NCBI GenBank assembly: GCA_046597055.1
Contig: JBKJLC010000196.1
Location: forward strand, 1 to 64,000
From: Kofleriaceae bacterium
GTDB taxonomy: Bacteria; Myxococcota_A; Polyangia; Haliangiales; Haliangiaceae
Length of the DNA stretch: 64,000 nucleotides
Direction: 5' to 3'
Program-made: the position numbers and the translations under genes
In this document: positions 20,472 through 36,135 of the stretch, in pieces
Layout of the letters: each line of letters opens with the position of its first letter
How positions within the stretch are numbered: the first letter of the stretch is position 1
The notes under the pieces: model-generated
What the model saw: the letters and a program-made list of their open reading frames with translations, nothing else
Told to the model about the DNA's origin: nothing
The model's database searches: none

Positions 20472-21254
20472 ATGCGACGACCGGCCAAGATCGGCCTGGG
20501 GCTCGGCGTCGCCGCCGGGGTCTACCTGCTCGGCCTGCTGATCGCCGGGGGGCTCGCGTCCGGGCTCATCGCCGACCGGGTGCAGTCGCGGCTCGCCGAG
20601 GGCTTCGACGCCGAGGCCAAGGTCGGCGGCGCGAGCGTGAGCCTGGTGACCGGGTCGGTGACCCTGTCGAACGTCGAGGTCACCCGCGACGTGATCGATC
20701 ATCTGGGGCTGACCGTGCCCTCGCTCGAGATCGACATCGCGCCGCTGGGTGCGGTGGTGTTCGATCGGGCCCCACGTCGGGTCCGGATCCGGGGCGGCCG
20801 GCTGGTGCTGACCGGCGCCGGCGCGCTGGCGCTGCCGCATCGGGTGCACAGCAAGCCGATCCGGGTCGGCGCGCTCGAGCTCGACGACATCGCGGTCGAT
20901 CTGATGGCGACCGGCTACTGGCCGGGCCTGGCCCGCATCGTCATCACGATCGAGCGGGCCCGATCGGGGCCGACCACGCTCCGCACCGGCCTGTCGTGGC
21001 TGTTCACGCTCGAGGAGCTGGTTGCGCGCGTCGATCTGCCGGCCGGCATCGCGATCCGCCTGAGCTACGGCGGCGGCGTGCTCGCGGTCAGCGGCGCCTT
21101 CTTCGGCCAGACCCCGGTGGTGATCCCGTTCACCATGCCGAGCCTCGACGGCTCGAGCGAGGTGCAGCAGCTGGTCGGCCTCGGCAAGGAGCTCGGCAAG
21201 CGGCTCGCCGTCGAGCGGGCCCGGCGCTGGCTGTATCGCTACCTGGCCCGGTAG
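20472..21254 (+). CDS. Hypothetical N-terminally anchored beta-rich protein (AsmA-like N-terminus possible)
   Basis: ATG 20472; TM helix followed by beta-rich KVGGASVSLVTGSVTLSNVEV. Confidence 0.6.
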   Translation: MRRPAKIGLGLGVAAGVYLLGLLIAGGLASGLIADRVQSRLAEGFDAEAKVGGASVSLVTGSVTLSNVEVTRDVIDHLGLTVPSLEIDIAPLGAVVFDRAPRRVRIRGGRLVLTGAGALALPHRVHSKPIRVGALELDDIAVDLMATGYWPGLARIVITIERARSGPTTLRTGLSWLFTLEELVARVDLPAGIAIRLSYGGGVLAVSGAFFGQTPVVIPFTMPSLDGSSEVQQLVGLGKELGKRLAVERARRWLYRYLAR

Positions 21255-21312
21255 CCCGCGCGGGCCCTTCGACACGCAAGCGCCGCCGAACGAGGCTGGG
21301 TGGCAGCCGCTG

Positions 21313-22848
21313 CTACCCCCGGTAGGAGTCGTCTTGTTCGATCTTGGACAAGATCCAGTCGAACTCGCCGGCGGTGACGTGGGCGCCGCAGTGCAAGCAG
21401 GCGCCGGCCATGGACACGACCAGCGGCGCGCCGCAGTGGCCGCAGCTGGTGTCGGGGCGCGGGGGGCCGCGGCGGGCGGCCGAGCGGATCAGCGTCCAGT
21501 ACTCGGAGTAGCGTCGGTCGCGCCGCGCCGAGCCGCGGACGTGGGCGCCGTCGGCGAGCTGGATGACGTGGTCGCGACCGGTCGCCCAGATGCGCACGGT
21601 GATCGCGTCGTACCAGCGATCGCGGGTCAGCTTGACCGGCGCCTGGTGGGTGATGCGCATGTGCGCCAGCACGTTGCGCAGGCCCTGCGCGCGGTATGCG
21701 CTGAGCCAGTAGGCCAGGTAGTCGTAGAGGCCGTCGGAGATCAGGCCGCGCACCGGCGTGAGGTCGTTGGCGGTCCAGCCGAGGTTGAGCGTGGTGTAGA
21801 TGTGGTGCAGCCGCGTGATCAGCGAGGCGTCGCTCAGCGCCGGGTCGTCGCGGAGCAGGCCGAGCCAGCGCTGGTCGAAGCTGGGCTGGAGGTAGCTGGG
21901 CAGGTCGGTGCCGCGCTCGGGGACCTCGGTGGTGAGGGTCGGCGCCTGGTCGCGCTCGTGGCGCAGCACGACCTGCTCGACCTGCCAGTCGAAGCGACCG
22001 TTGTCGACGACCTCGCCGCAGTAGCTGCACTTCTGGTTGCGGCCGGCGTCGACGTCCTGCCAGGGCGCGCCGCAGTTGGGGCACGGGAAGGTCTTGCTCG
22101 CGCTCGGCGGCTTGGTCCGGGCGGTGACGCTGCGGCCGAGCAGCCAGCTCTCGACCGCGTACCGGGTGCGCTGGGCGCCGGGCGCGCCCACCGTGTAGTT
22201 GCTCTCGAAGTCGAGCCCGATCCGGCACCGGGTCTCGCTGCCGCTCGCGATCGCTTCCGGGTCGGGCACGTCGACGCGGTACAGCCGCATCGCGCCGACC
22301 ACCACGCCCGTGACCGGCGCGCCGACCGGCGGACGCTGGGCCAGCGCGGTCTGGGCCGCGGGCGCGAGATACGGCGCAAGCTCGGCCAGCCCGCCGTGCC
22401 GACCGCGGGCCTGGTGCGCGGTCGCGTAGAGGCGGAACGCGAAGTCCTCGAACAGCACCTGCGAGAAGTCGGGATCGACCCGGGTCAGGCTCTCCACGCT
22501 GGTCGAGCGCTCGAGCGGCACCGGCGGGCCGCTGTCCCAGTCCTTGTTCTTCGCCTTCTGCATCCAGGTGTAGATGAAGAAGCCGGCCACGATGACGACG
22601 ATCGGGATGCCGATCTTCGGGTAGTAGATGCACAGGCGGATGAGCTGGAAGATCAGCTCGCCGATCCCGCTCGCGTCGCCGCCACCGCCGCCGCTGCCCC
22701 CACCGCCGCCACCATCGCCGCTGCCCCCGTGGCCGCCGCCGCCGGAGTAGCTGTCGCCACCGCCGGGGCGGGCGAGCGCGAGCGCCGGCACCAGCCACAG
22801 CGTGAGCGTGGCCGCGACCGCCAGCCAGCGAGTCGGGCGCTGCCTCAT
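21313..22848 (-). CDS. Tim44-like domain protein with Gly-rich N-terminus and two double zinc ribbons
   Basis: Signal peptide, ARPGGGDSYSGGGG, TM, DPDFS...F domain, CPNCGAP...CSYCG, second domain with YSEYWTLIR, CGHCGAP...CLHCG. Confidence 0.8.
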   Translation of the reverse strand: MRQRPTRWLAVAATLTLWLVPALALARPGGGDSYSGGGGHGGSGDGGGGGGSGGGGGDASGIGELIFQLIRLCIYYPKIGIPIVVIVAGFFIYTWMQKAKNKDWDSGPPVPLERSTSVESLTRVDPDFSQVLFEDFAFRLYATAHQARGRHGGLAELAPYLAPAAQTALAQRPPVGAPVTGVVVGAMRLYRVDVPDPEAIASGSETRCRIGLDFESNYTVGAPGAQRTRYAVESWLLGRSVTARTKPPSASKTFPCPNCGAPWQDVDAGRNQKCSYCGEVVDNGRFDWQVEQVVLRHERDQAPTLTTEVPERGTDLPSYLQPSFDQRWLGLLRDDPALSDASLITRLHHIYTTLNLGWTANDLTPVRGLISDGLYDYLAYWLSAYRAQGLRNVLAHMRITHQAPVKLTRDRWYDAITVRIWATGRDHVIQLADGAHVRGSARRDRRYSEYWTLIRSAARRGPPRPDTSCGHCGAPLVVSMAGACLHCGAHVTAGEFDWILSKIEQDDSYRG

Positions 22849-23504
22849 GGGGCCTCCGCGTCGCTCACGCGCGGCGTGCGCGGGGCACCGTCGTCGAGCG
22901 CGTCGGGCAGCTCGTTGACGTCGTCGCTGCTGCGCGGCAGCGCCCGCGCGCACAGCGGCGCCAGCTGGGCGAGCTGGGTCGCGGTCGCGAGCCCACCCGC
23001 GGCGACCGCGCGGTCGATCGCCCGGAGCGCGGTCTGCCAGCGCGCGGGATCGATCGTCTGCAGCACGCCGTCGTCGCCGACCACCTCGGCCATCTGCTCG
23101 GTGACCGCGATGTAGACCAGCACGCCGGTGCGGCCGCGGGTGTGGTGAACGCCGCGCTCGTAGAAGGTCGAGCGCGCGGCCTCGACCACCGCCCGGCGCC
23201 GGACCCGGCTCGGGGTCAGCGCCCGCGCGACCGCCGGCACCAGCGCGCTGAGCGCCCCGGCCACCGCGCCGACCAGCAGCGGATCGATCAGGAACGACGG
23301 CAGGGCGAACGGGTGGTCCGCGAACAGCATGAACGCCAGCGCCGCCCAGGTGGCGACCATCCCGACGATCAGGTGCGCGTGCAGCCAGCGGCGGGTCCGG
23401 GCGCGGACCGCGATCACGACCTCGACCGCCGAACTCGCCTCGATCGCGCCCACCGCGTCGGCGAACGACTTGCGGGCGGCGTCGTCGAGGAATCCGGCGG
23501 CCAT
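22845..23504 (-). CDS. TPM domain membrane protein
   Basis: AIEASSAVEVVIAV, two TMs, GVHHTRGRTGVLVYIAVTE, DVNELPD; ATGA overlap with the downstream gene. Confidence 0.85.
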   Translation of the reverse strand: MAAGFLDDAARKSFADAVGAIEASSAVEVVIAVRARTRRWLHAHLIVGMVATWAALAFMLFADHPFALPSFLIDPLLVGAVAGALSALVPAVARALTPSRVRRRAVVEAARSTFYERGVHHTRGRTGVLVYIAVTEQMAEVVGDDGVLQTIDPARWQTALRAIDRAVAAGGLATATQLAQLAPLCARALPRSSDDVNELPDALDDGAPRTPRVSDAEAP

Positions 23505-23618
23505 CGCGGTCACTCTATATCGGTGCGTCGCCCGGGTGCGACCTCGGGGTCGCGGCGATCGATGCGCTGTCAGGGCCGCGGCGTTGTCGCCGGCACCGGC
23601 GGCGCAGAAGCTGACGAG

Positions 23619-24068
23619 ATGAGGTGGATCGCCGGGATGATCGTCGCCGGGTGCCTGCTCGCCGCGGCGCCCGCGCCGGCCGAGGTCGCTGCGATCAGCG
23701 TGCCGATCATCGACGAGCGCGGCGATGCGGTCTACTGCACCCGCGACGCCAGCGCCGGCCGGGCTCGGCCCGAGGCTGGCGGCGGCTACCGCTTCACCGG
23801 CCTCCGACCGGGCCGCTGGATCGTGTCGATCGATCTGCCGCACGAGCGCATCGACGTGCTGGTCTCGGTGGCCGCGGGCGGCGAGGTGGTGGTGCCACCG
23901 GTGGTCGCGCGCGGCCGCTGTCAGCGCCTTGCGCTGCGGCGTCGATCCGACCTCGGCGAGCTCGTCGGCCGCCCGCCATCGTCGAGCTGGGCGCTGCGCT
24001 ACCGGCGCACCTTCCGCACCGGCCCGGGCCTGGTCGCCCAGGGGTTCCGCGCGCCGACGTCGAGGTGA
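23619..24068 (+). CDS. Small exported protein with carboxypeptidase-regulatory-like (transthyretin-fold) domain
   Basis: Signal peptide; GGYRFTGLRPGRWIVSI. Confidence 0.55.
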   Translation: MRWIAGMIVAGCLLAAAPAPAEVAAISVPIIDERGDAVYCTRDASAGRARPEAGGGYRFTGLRPGRWIVSIDLPHERIDVLVSVAAGGEVVVPPVVARGRCQRLALRRRSDLGELVGRPPSSSWALRYRRTFRTGPGLVAQGFRAPTSR

Positions 24069-24129
24069 GCTGGCTCGGAACCGGGACGCGGGGCGGAGGC
24101 CCGCCGCCTGCCCTCGGGATCCCGCACAT

Positions 24130-24268
24130 CTTTCCCGGTGTCCCTGAGCCAGGGCGAGCGCAAGCGAGCCCGCCGTCGAAGGGCAGCCCGTCGAAGATCA
24201 CGGGCGGCACCTTGGCGCTCTGCCCTTCGACACGGCGCCTGCGGCGCCGGCTCGGCGACACCGGAAAG
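24130..24268. repeat. REP-like palindromic element (multi-arm cruciform) between convergent genes
   Basis: Outer arms CTTTCCCGGTGTC / GACACCGGAAAG; perfect inner stem GTCGAAGGGCAG (24175-24186) / CTGCCCTTCGAC (24220-24231); extra side hairpins. Confidence 0.75.
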
Positions 24269-24321
24269 TTCAGCGCTGGCGATCCCTGCCCGATGGGTCA
24301 TTTCGCCGGGCGCGGCACGGC

Positions 24322-26619
<2,298 letters not shown>

Positions 26620-26621
26620 GG

Positions 26622-27538
<917 letters not shown>

Positions 27539-27542
<4 letters not shown>

Positions 27543-28393
27543 GGGTAGCGCCGGAACTTGCGGAAGTTCGGCTTCCGCTTCTCGAGGAACGCCTCCTTGC
27601 CCTCCTTGCCCTCCTCGGTGAGGTAGTAGAGCAGGGTCGCCGAGCCGGCGAGATCCTGGAGCCCCGCCTGGCCGTCGCAGTCGGCGTTGAGCGCGCTCTT
27701 CAGGAAGCGCAGCGCCATCGGCGACAGCGCCAGCATCTCGCGGCACCAGGTGACCGTCTCGCGCTCGAGCTCGGCCAGCGGCACGACCTTGTTGACCAGG
27801 CCCATGTCGAGTGCCTCCTGCGCGCCGTACTGGCGGCACAGGAACCAGATCTCGCGCGCCTTCTTCTGGCCGACGATGCGGGCCAGGTACGACGAGCCGT
27901 AGCCGGCGTCGAAGCTGCCGACCCGGGGACCGGTCTGGCCGAACTGCGCGTTGTCGGCGGCGATGGTCAGATCGCACACGACGTGCAGCACGTGCCCGCC
28001 GCCGATCGCGAAGCCGGCGACCGCGGCGACCACCGGCTTGGGCAGGTAGCGGATCCGCTTCTGCAGATCGAGCACGTTGAGGCGGGGCACGCCGTCGCCG
28101 CCGACGTAGCCGCCGGCGCCGCGCACGCGCTGATCGCCGCCCGAGCAGAACGCGTCGGAGCCCTGACCGGTCAGGACGACCACGCCGATGTCGCCGTCGT
28201 CGCGGGCGTCGTCGAACGCGCGGATCATCTCGGCCACGGTCTGGGGCCGGAACGCGTTGTGGACCTCGGGCCGGTTGATGGTCACCCGGGCGATGCCCTC
28301 GGCCGACTTGTCGTACTTGATGTCCTCGTAGCCGGCGACGCTGGTCCAGAGGACGTCGCTGGGCTCGATCGTGATGGTGCTGCGCTTGGTCAT
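27539..28393 (-). CDS. menB: 1,4-dihydroxy-2-naphthoyl-CoA synthase
   Basis: [54 protein letters not shown]. Confidence 0.98.
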
Positions 28394-28415
28394 GAGCGTT
28401 CTCCGGGTGCTGCGA

Positions 28416-30179
28416 TCAAGATGAGCGGGCTGCGGTCGAATCGTTGGCGGGCAGGGCGGCGAGTTCGGCCAGCGCGGCGGCGCGGGCGGTGCGGGCGCTG
28501 GTCGGCGCGACCGGGACGTGGACGACCCCGCCGCCGCCGGCGAGGGCGGCCCGGATCGCGGCCGGCAGCTCGTCCGGCGACCGGACCCGGGCGCCGACCA
28601 ACCCGAACGCGCGGGCGGCGGCGACCGCGTCGACCGCGGGCGGCGTGCGCCACAGGCGCTCGAACGCGCCGTCGGGCAGGGTGCTGGCGGCGACCGGCAG
28701 GTCGTCGAAGATGCGGCCGCCGCCGTTGTCGATGACGACGATCGCGAGGGGCCGGCCGCCGACGCACGCCAGCGCGCCGAGGTCGTGCGCGAAGCTGACG
28801 TCGCCCAGCACCAGCACGGTGGGCCGACCGGCCGCGGCGGCCCCGGCCGCGCCCGCGATCAGGCCGTCGATCCCGGCGGCGCCGCGCTGGGTGAGGACGG
28901 TGAGGTCGCGACCGCCGTCGGCGACCTCGTCGGCGACCCGCACCGGCAGGCTGTTGCCGAGCACGAGCTGGCCGCCGTCGGGCACCGCGCCGATCGCCGC
29001 GGCCACCGCGGCCCCCTCGGCGCCGGGGCTGACCAGCGCGCGGTCCATCGCGGCGCGGGCGGCGCGGTCGGCGTCGGCCCAGGCCCGGGTCCACGCCCCG
29101 CGCAGGCGCGGCGACGGCAGCGCGGCCACGATCCGGCCCAGCGTGTCGGCGACGTCGCCGAGCAGCACGGCCTCGGCGGTCGAGTCGCCGTCGGGCCAGC
29201 CGTGCTCGGCGAGCACGAACCGGCGCGCGCGGCCCGCCGCAAACCCGGTCCAGCCCATCGCCACCGGCTCGCCGCCGAGCTGGACGATGAGCTCGGGGCC
29301 GAGGTCGCGGGCGAGCGGCGCGCTCACCACCAGGCCGAACCGGTCGATCGCCACCACGTCGTCCGGGCGGGTCGCGAACCGCAGGCCGCTGCCGGCCTCG
29401 GCCAGCAGCGGATACCCCGCCCGGCTGGCCAGCGTGAACGCCGACGCGCGGGCGGCGGCGCGGGTGGCCGGGCCCGCGGTGGCGACGATCAAGCCACGCG
29501 GCGCCGACGCGATCGCGCTGGCGACCCGGTCGATCAAGCTGTCCGGAACCCGGACAGTCGCCGGCGCCACCGGCAGCGCGGTCTTGACCAGCCGGGCCGC
29601 CTCGGCCGCCGCGGCCCGCTCCGGCTCGGTCCCCGGCGCGGCCGGCTCGAGCGGCTTGCGCAGCGGCACGTTGAGGTGGACCGGGCCCGGCGTTGGCCCC
29701 CGCGCGGCGGCCACCGCCTGCGCCACCTTGCGCCGCAGCGCGCGCAGCGCCAGCGGCGAGCCCTCGGGCGGGCCCAGGTCGTCGAACCGGCGCACGAAGC
29801 CGCCGAACAGCCGCAGCTGATCGATCGTCTGCGAGGCGCCCGCGCCGTGCAGCTCGGGCGGGCGGTCGGCCGACACGATCACCAGCGGGATGCCGGCCAG
29901 CGCGGCCTCGATCACCGCCGGCAGGTAATGGGCGGCGGCGGTGCCCGACGTGCAGATCAGCGCGACCGGCGTCGCCGCGGCCCGGGCCAGCCCGAGCGCG
30001 AAGAACCCGGCCGCGCGCTCGTCGATCACGGGGTGCGCGCGCAGCAGCGCCTCGCGCGCCAGCGCCGCCACCAGCGGGGTCGACCGCGAGCCGGGGCTGA
30101 CCACCACGTCGGCGACGCCGGCGTCGGCCAGGCTGGCGAGCAGGAGCTCGGCCCACACCGTCTGGATCGCCGCGGTCAC
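28416..30179 (-). CDS. menD: SEPHCHC synthase (thiamine diphosphate dependent)
   Basis: [46 protein letters not shown]...NGGGRIF; GTGA overlap with menF. Confidence 0.95.
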   Translation of the reverse strand: MTAAIQTVWAELLLASLADAGVADVVVSPGSRSTPLVAALAREALLRAHPVIDERAAGFFALGLARAAATPVALICTSGTAAAHYLPAVIEAALAGIPLVIVSADRPPELHGAGASQTIDQLRLFGGFVRRFDDLGPPEGSPLALRALRRKVAQAVAAARGPTPGPVHLNVPLRKPLEPAAPGTEPERAAAAEAARLVKTALPVAPATVRVPDSLIDRVASAIASAPRGLIVATAGPATRAAARASAFTLASRAGYPLLAEAGSGLRFATRPDDVVAIDRFGLVVSAPLARDLGPELIVQLGGEPVAMGWTGFAAGRARRFVLAEHGWPDGDSTAEAVLLGDVADTLGRIVAALPSPRLRGAWTRAWADADRAARAAMDRALVSPGAEGAAVAAAIGAVPDGGQLVLGNSLPVRVADEVADGGRDLTVLTQRGAAGIDGLIAGAAGAAAAGRPTVLVLGDVSFAHDLGALACVGGRPLAIVVIDNGGGRIFDDLPVAASTLPDGAFERLWRTPPAVDAVAAARAFGLVGARVRSPDELPAAIRAALAGGGGVVHVPVAPTSARTARAAALAELAALPANDSTAARSS

Positions 30180-31608
30180 GGCCGCGGCACCTCGTCGGCC
30201 TGGGCCGGGACCTCGGCCAGATCGACGTCGAGCCCGAGCGCGCCCGACAGCGCCCGCAGCTTGACCTCGGTCTCGGCCCACTCGGCGCTGGCGTCCGAAT
30301 CCCGGACGATGCCGGCCCCGGCATACAGGGTCGCGGTGACGCCCTCGAGCAGACCCGACCGGATCGCGACGGTCAGGTCGCCGTCGCCGGCGGCGTCGAA
30401 CCACCCGACCGGCGCCGCGTACCAGCCGCGCGCGGTCGGCTCGTGGCGCGCGATCCAGTCGAGCGCGGCCGCGGTCGGGGTCCCGCCCACCGCCGGGGTC
30501 GGGTGCAGCGCCGCCGCCAGCGCCAGCACGTGGCGCGGGGTGAACAGGGTGCCGTGCACCGGCGTGTGCAGGTGCAGCACGTGGCGCAGCGTGCGCACGG
30601 TCGGCGCCGCGGGCACCTCGAGCTGATGGCACCACGGCGCCAGCGCGTGCTCGATGGCACGCACGACCAGATCGTGCTCGCCGCGATCCTTGCTCGACGC
30701 CAGCAGCTCGGCCCCGGCCCGCGCGTCGTCGCCGCCGCGCGCGATCGAGCCGGCCAGCGCCTCGGCATCGACCTGGTCGCCGCGCCGGCGCACCAGCCGC
30801 TCGGGGCTGGCGCCGACGAACGCGACTCCGCCCCGGCGCACGCCGAACCGCGTGCACTCCGGGTGGCGGCGGCCCAGCTCGGCCAGCACCGCGGCCGCGT
30901 CGATCGGCCGGGCCAGCTCGACCCGGCGCGCCCGCGCCGCGACCACCTTGCGGCAGCGACCGGCGCCGATCTCGGCGCGGATGCCCTCGACCGCGTCGCG
31001 CCAGCGGCTCGGCGCCAGCTCGGCGCGCGCCACCGCGTGCCCACGCGGCTCGGGCAGGGGCGTGGCCAGCGCGGCCAGCGCGGCCGCCAGCTCGGCATGG
31101 ACGCGTCGGTGATCCCGGGCCTCGTCCGCGCCGAGCGCGACGGTCAACCAGGCACCGCCGCCGTGGCGCTGGTAGGTCCAGCGCGGCAGCACGAACCAGG
31201 CGTCGCCGAACGAGGCCCACGCCTCGCCGGCGCGCCCGGGGGTGAAGGCGAAGCCGCCGAGCAGCCGGGGCGCCGGGCCCCCGCCGATCGCGACCAGCCG
31301 CGGCCACAGCGCGGCGGCGCGCTCGGCCACCGTGGTGAAGCGGGCGGCGCCGTCGGCGCTGATCGCGGCGGCCACGCCGACGCCGGCGATCGCCAGCTCG
31401 GCATCGCGCGGCTCCCACAGCACCGCGTCACCGCCGAGCTGCCACAGCGCGGCGGCGTGGGCGACCGGCGCCGGCACCGCGATCACCGCGATCGCGTCGG
31501 CGGCCAGGCCGCTGGCCTCGACCAGCCCGCGCTCGAGCGCCGCCGCGGCGGGCCGAGCGCCCTGATCGAGCCCGCGCTCGACCAGCGCGGTGGCGGCCGG
31601 CGCCACGC

Positions 31609-31612
<4 letters not shown>
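30176..31612 (-). CDS. menF: Isochorismate synthase
   Basis: KVVAAR, GASPERL, ALAGS, KDRGEH, LHPTPAVGG, RGWYAAPVGW, YAGAGIV. Confidence 0.93.
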
Positions 31613-34726
<3,114 letters not shown>

Positions 34727-34800
34727 TCGGATGTTTCAAAGATTCATGAAACCTCTTGAGATTCCAAGTGGAATTCAGAAAAATCGCGCAAGGCAGCGAC
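34727..34800. promoter_or_regulatory. AT-rich divergent promoter region with inverted repeats
   Basis: GTTTCA-N8-TGAAAC (34733-34752) and ATTCCA-AG-TGGAAT (34761-34774) between the men operon and the PilZ-REC gene. Confidence 0.55.
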
Positions 34801-34912
34801 ACCGTTGGTGAATCGTAGTCACCTGCAGAACCGCTCATGGAACGCCGGCAACGAGCGGTTTGCGTTCTCAAGCCCGCGAAAGAGCTGACGGCCCTCGGCT
34901 ATCCTCACCTTC

Positions 34913-35995
34913 GTGCGCTCTCGACCCCACCAGCGCGAGCCCCGGGTGGTGGCCCGCTGCCACGTGTCGTTCGAGCGCCTCGACGAGATCGTCACTGCCG
35001 AGTCCGAGGACCTGTCGCGGCGCGGCATCTTCGTCCGCACCGAGGAGCTGCTGCCGGTCGGGGCGGTGACCGAGGTCGACATCACGCTGCCCGACGGGGC
35101 CGGCTTCCGCGTGTTCGCGCGGGTCGCCCACCTGCTGTCGCCGTCGTCAGCGCGCGCGCTCGGCCGCCACTGCGGCATGGGCTTCGAGTTCCTCGACACC
35201 GACGCCGGTGGCATCGAGGCGCTCGCCGCCTACCTCGACGGCCTGATCGAGGACCTGACGCCGATCCCGGCGTCGATTCCAACCACGCTCCTCATTTATG
35301 TGGCCGAGCCGTCCGAGCCGTTGCGCGACCGCATCGCCAGCGCGCTCGAGCCGGCCGGGTTCGTGGTCGAGTGCTTCGTGGACGGCGCCGAGGCGTACGC
35401 GGCGTGCGTGGAGCGGTCGCCGCAGGTGCTGATCGCCGCGACCTCGATGCCGGCGATGGACGGCCTCACGCTGGTGCGCGCGATGTCGGTGCACCCGCGG
35501 CTGTCGCGGGTGCCGGTGGTGCTCACCAGCGACGACCCGTCGGATCTGACCCGGCTCGAGGCGTTCCGGCTGGGCGTGCGCGACTACATCTCCAAGCCGT
35601 TCCTCGAGGAGGAGCTGCTGATCCGCGTGCACCGGGTCGCGCTGACCGCGCCGGCCGGCCCGGCCGAGACCGCGATGCTGCGCGGCAACCTGGCCGAGAT
35701 CTCCTTGCCGACCCTGCTGTCGCTGCTCGAGTTCGAGCGCAAGTCCGGCATCCTGGTGGTGCTGTCGAAGCATCAGGCCGCGCGCCTGTTCGTCGCGGCC
35801 GGGCGGGTGGTCAAGATCGAGGCCGACAGCGACCAGCCGCCGCGGGAGCGGCTGATGAGCCTGCTCGACTGGGAGAGCGGTCAGTTCGAGTTCACCGGCT
35901 GCGAGGTGATCGGGACCGATGAGCTGGGCCTGGGCACCTCGCAGCTCCTGATCGAGCACGCCCGGGTCCGCGACGAAGAGCGACGGTCGTCGTAG
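34913..35995 (+). CDS. PilZ-like / receiver-like / DUF4388 signalling protein
   Basis: QREPR...DLSRRGIFV (PilZ-like); MPAMDGL...VPVVLTS...DYISKPF (REC fold); LRGNLAEISLPTLLSLLEFERKSG...LDWESGQFEF (DUF4388). Confidence 0.88.
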   Translation: MRSRPHQREPRVVARCHVSFERLDEIVTAESEDLSRRGIFVRTEELLPVGAVTEVDITLPDGAGFRVFARVAHLLSPSSARALGRHCGMGFEFLDTDAGGIEALAAYLDGLIEDLTPIPASIPTTLLIYVAEPSEPLRDRIASALEPAGFVVECFVDGAEAYAACVERSPQVLIAATSMPAMDGLTLVRAMSVHPRLSRVPVVLTSDDPSDLTRLEAFRLGVRDYISKPFLEEELLIRVHRVALTAPAGPAETAMLRGNLAEISLPTLLSLLEFERKSGILVVLSKHQAARLFVAAGRVVKIEADSDQPPRERLMSLLDWESGQFEFTGCEVIGTDELGLGTSQLLIEHARVRDEERRSS

Positions 35996-36135
35996 ACCGC
36001 CTGCCGGGCAGGCGACCGGGTGTGGCAGCCGATGCCAGCGCCGGCCGGTTCTCGCCGGGCTTCACCGACATCTGGCGCGCGCCACCCGCGGGGAATGCGC
36101 AATCCCCGCGTACGGTCTGGTGTCCACCGAGGACG

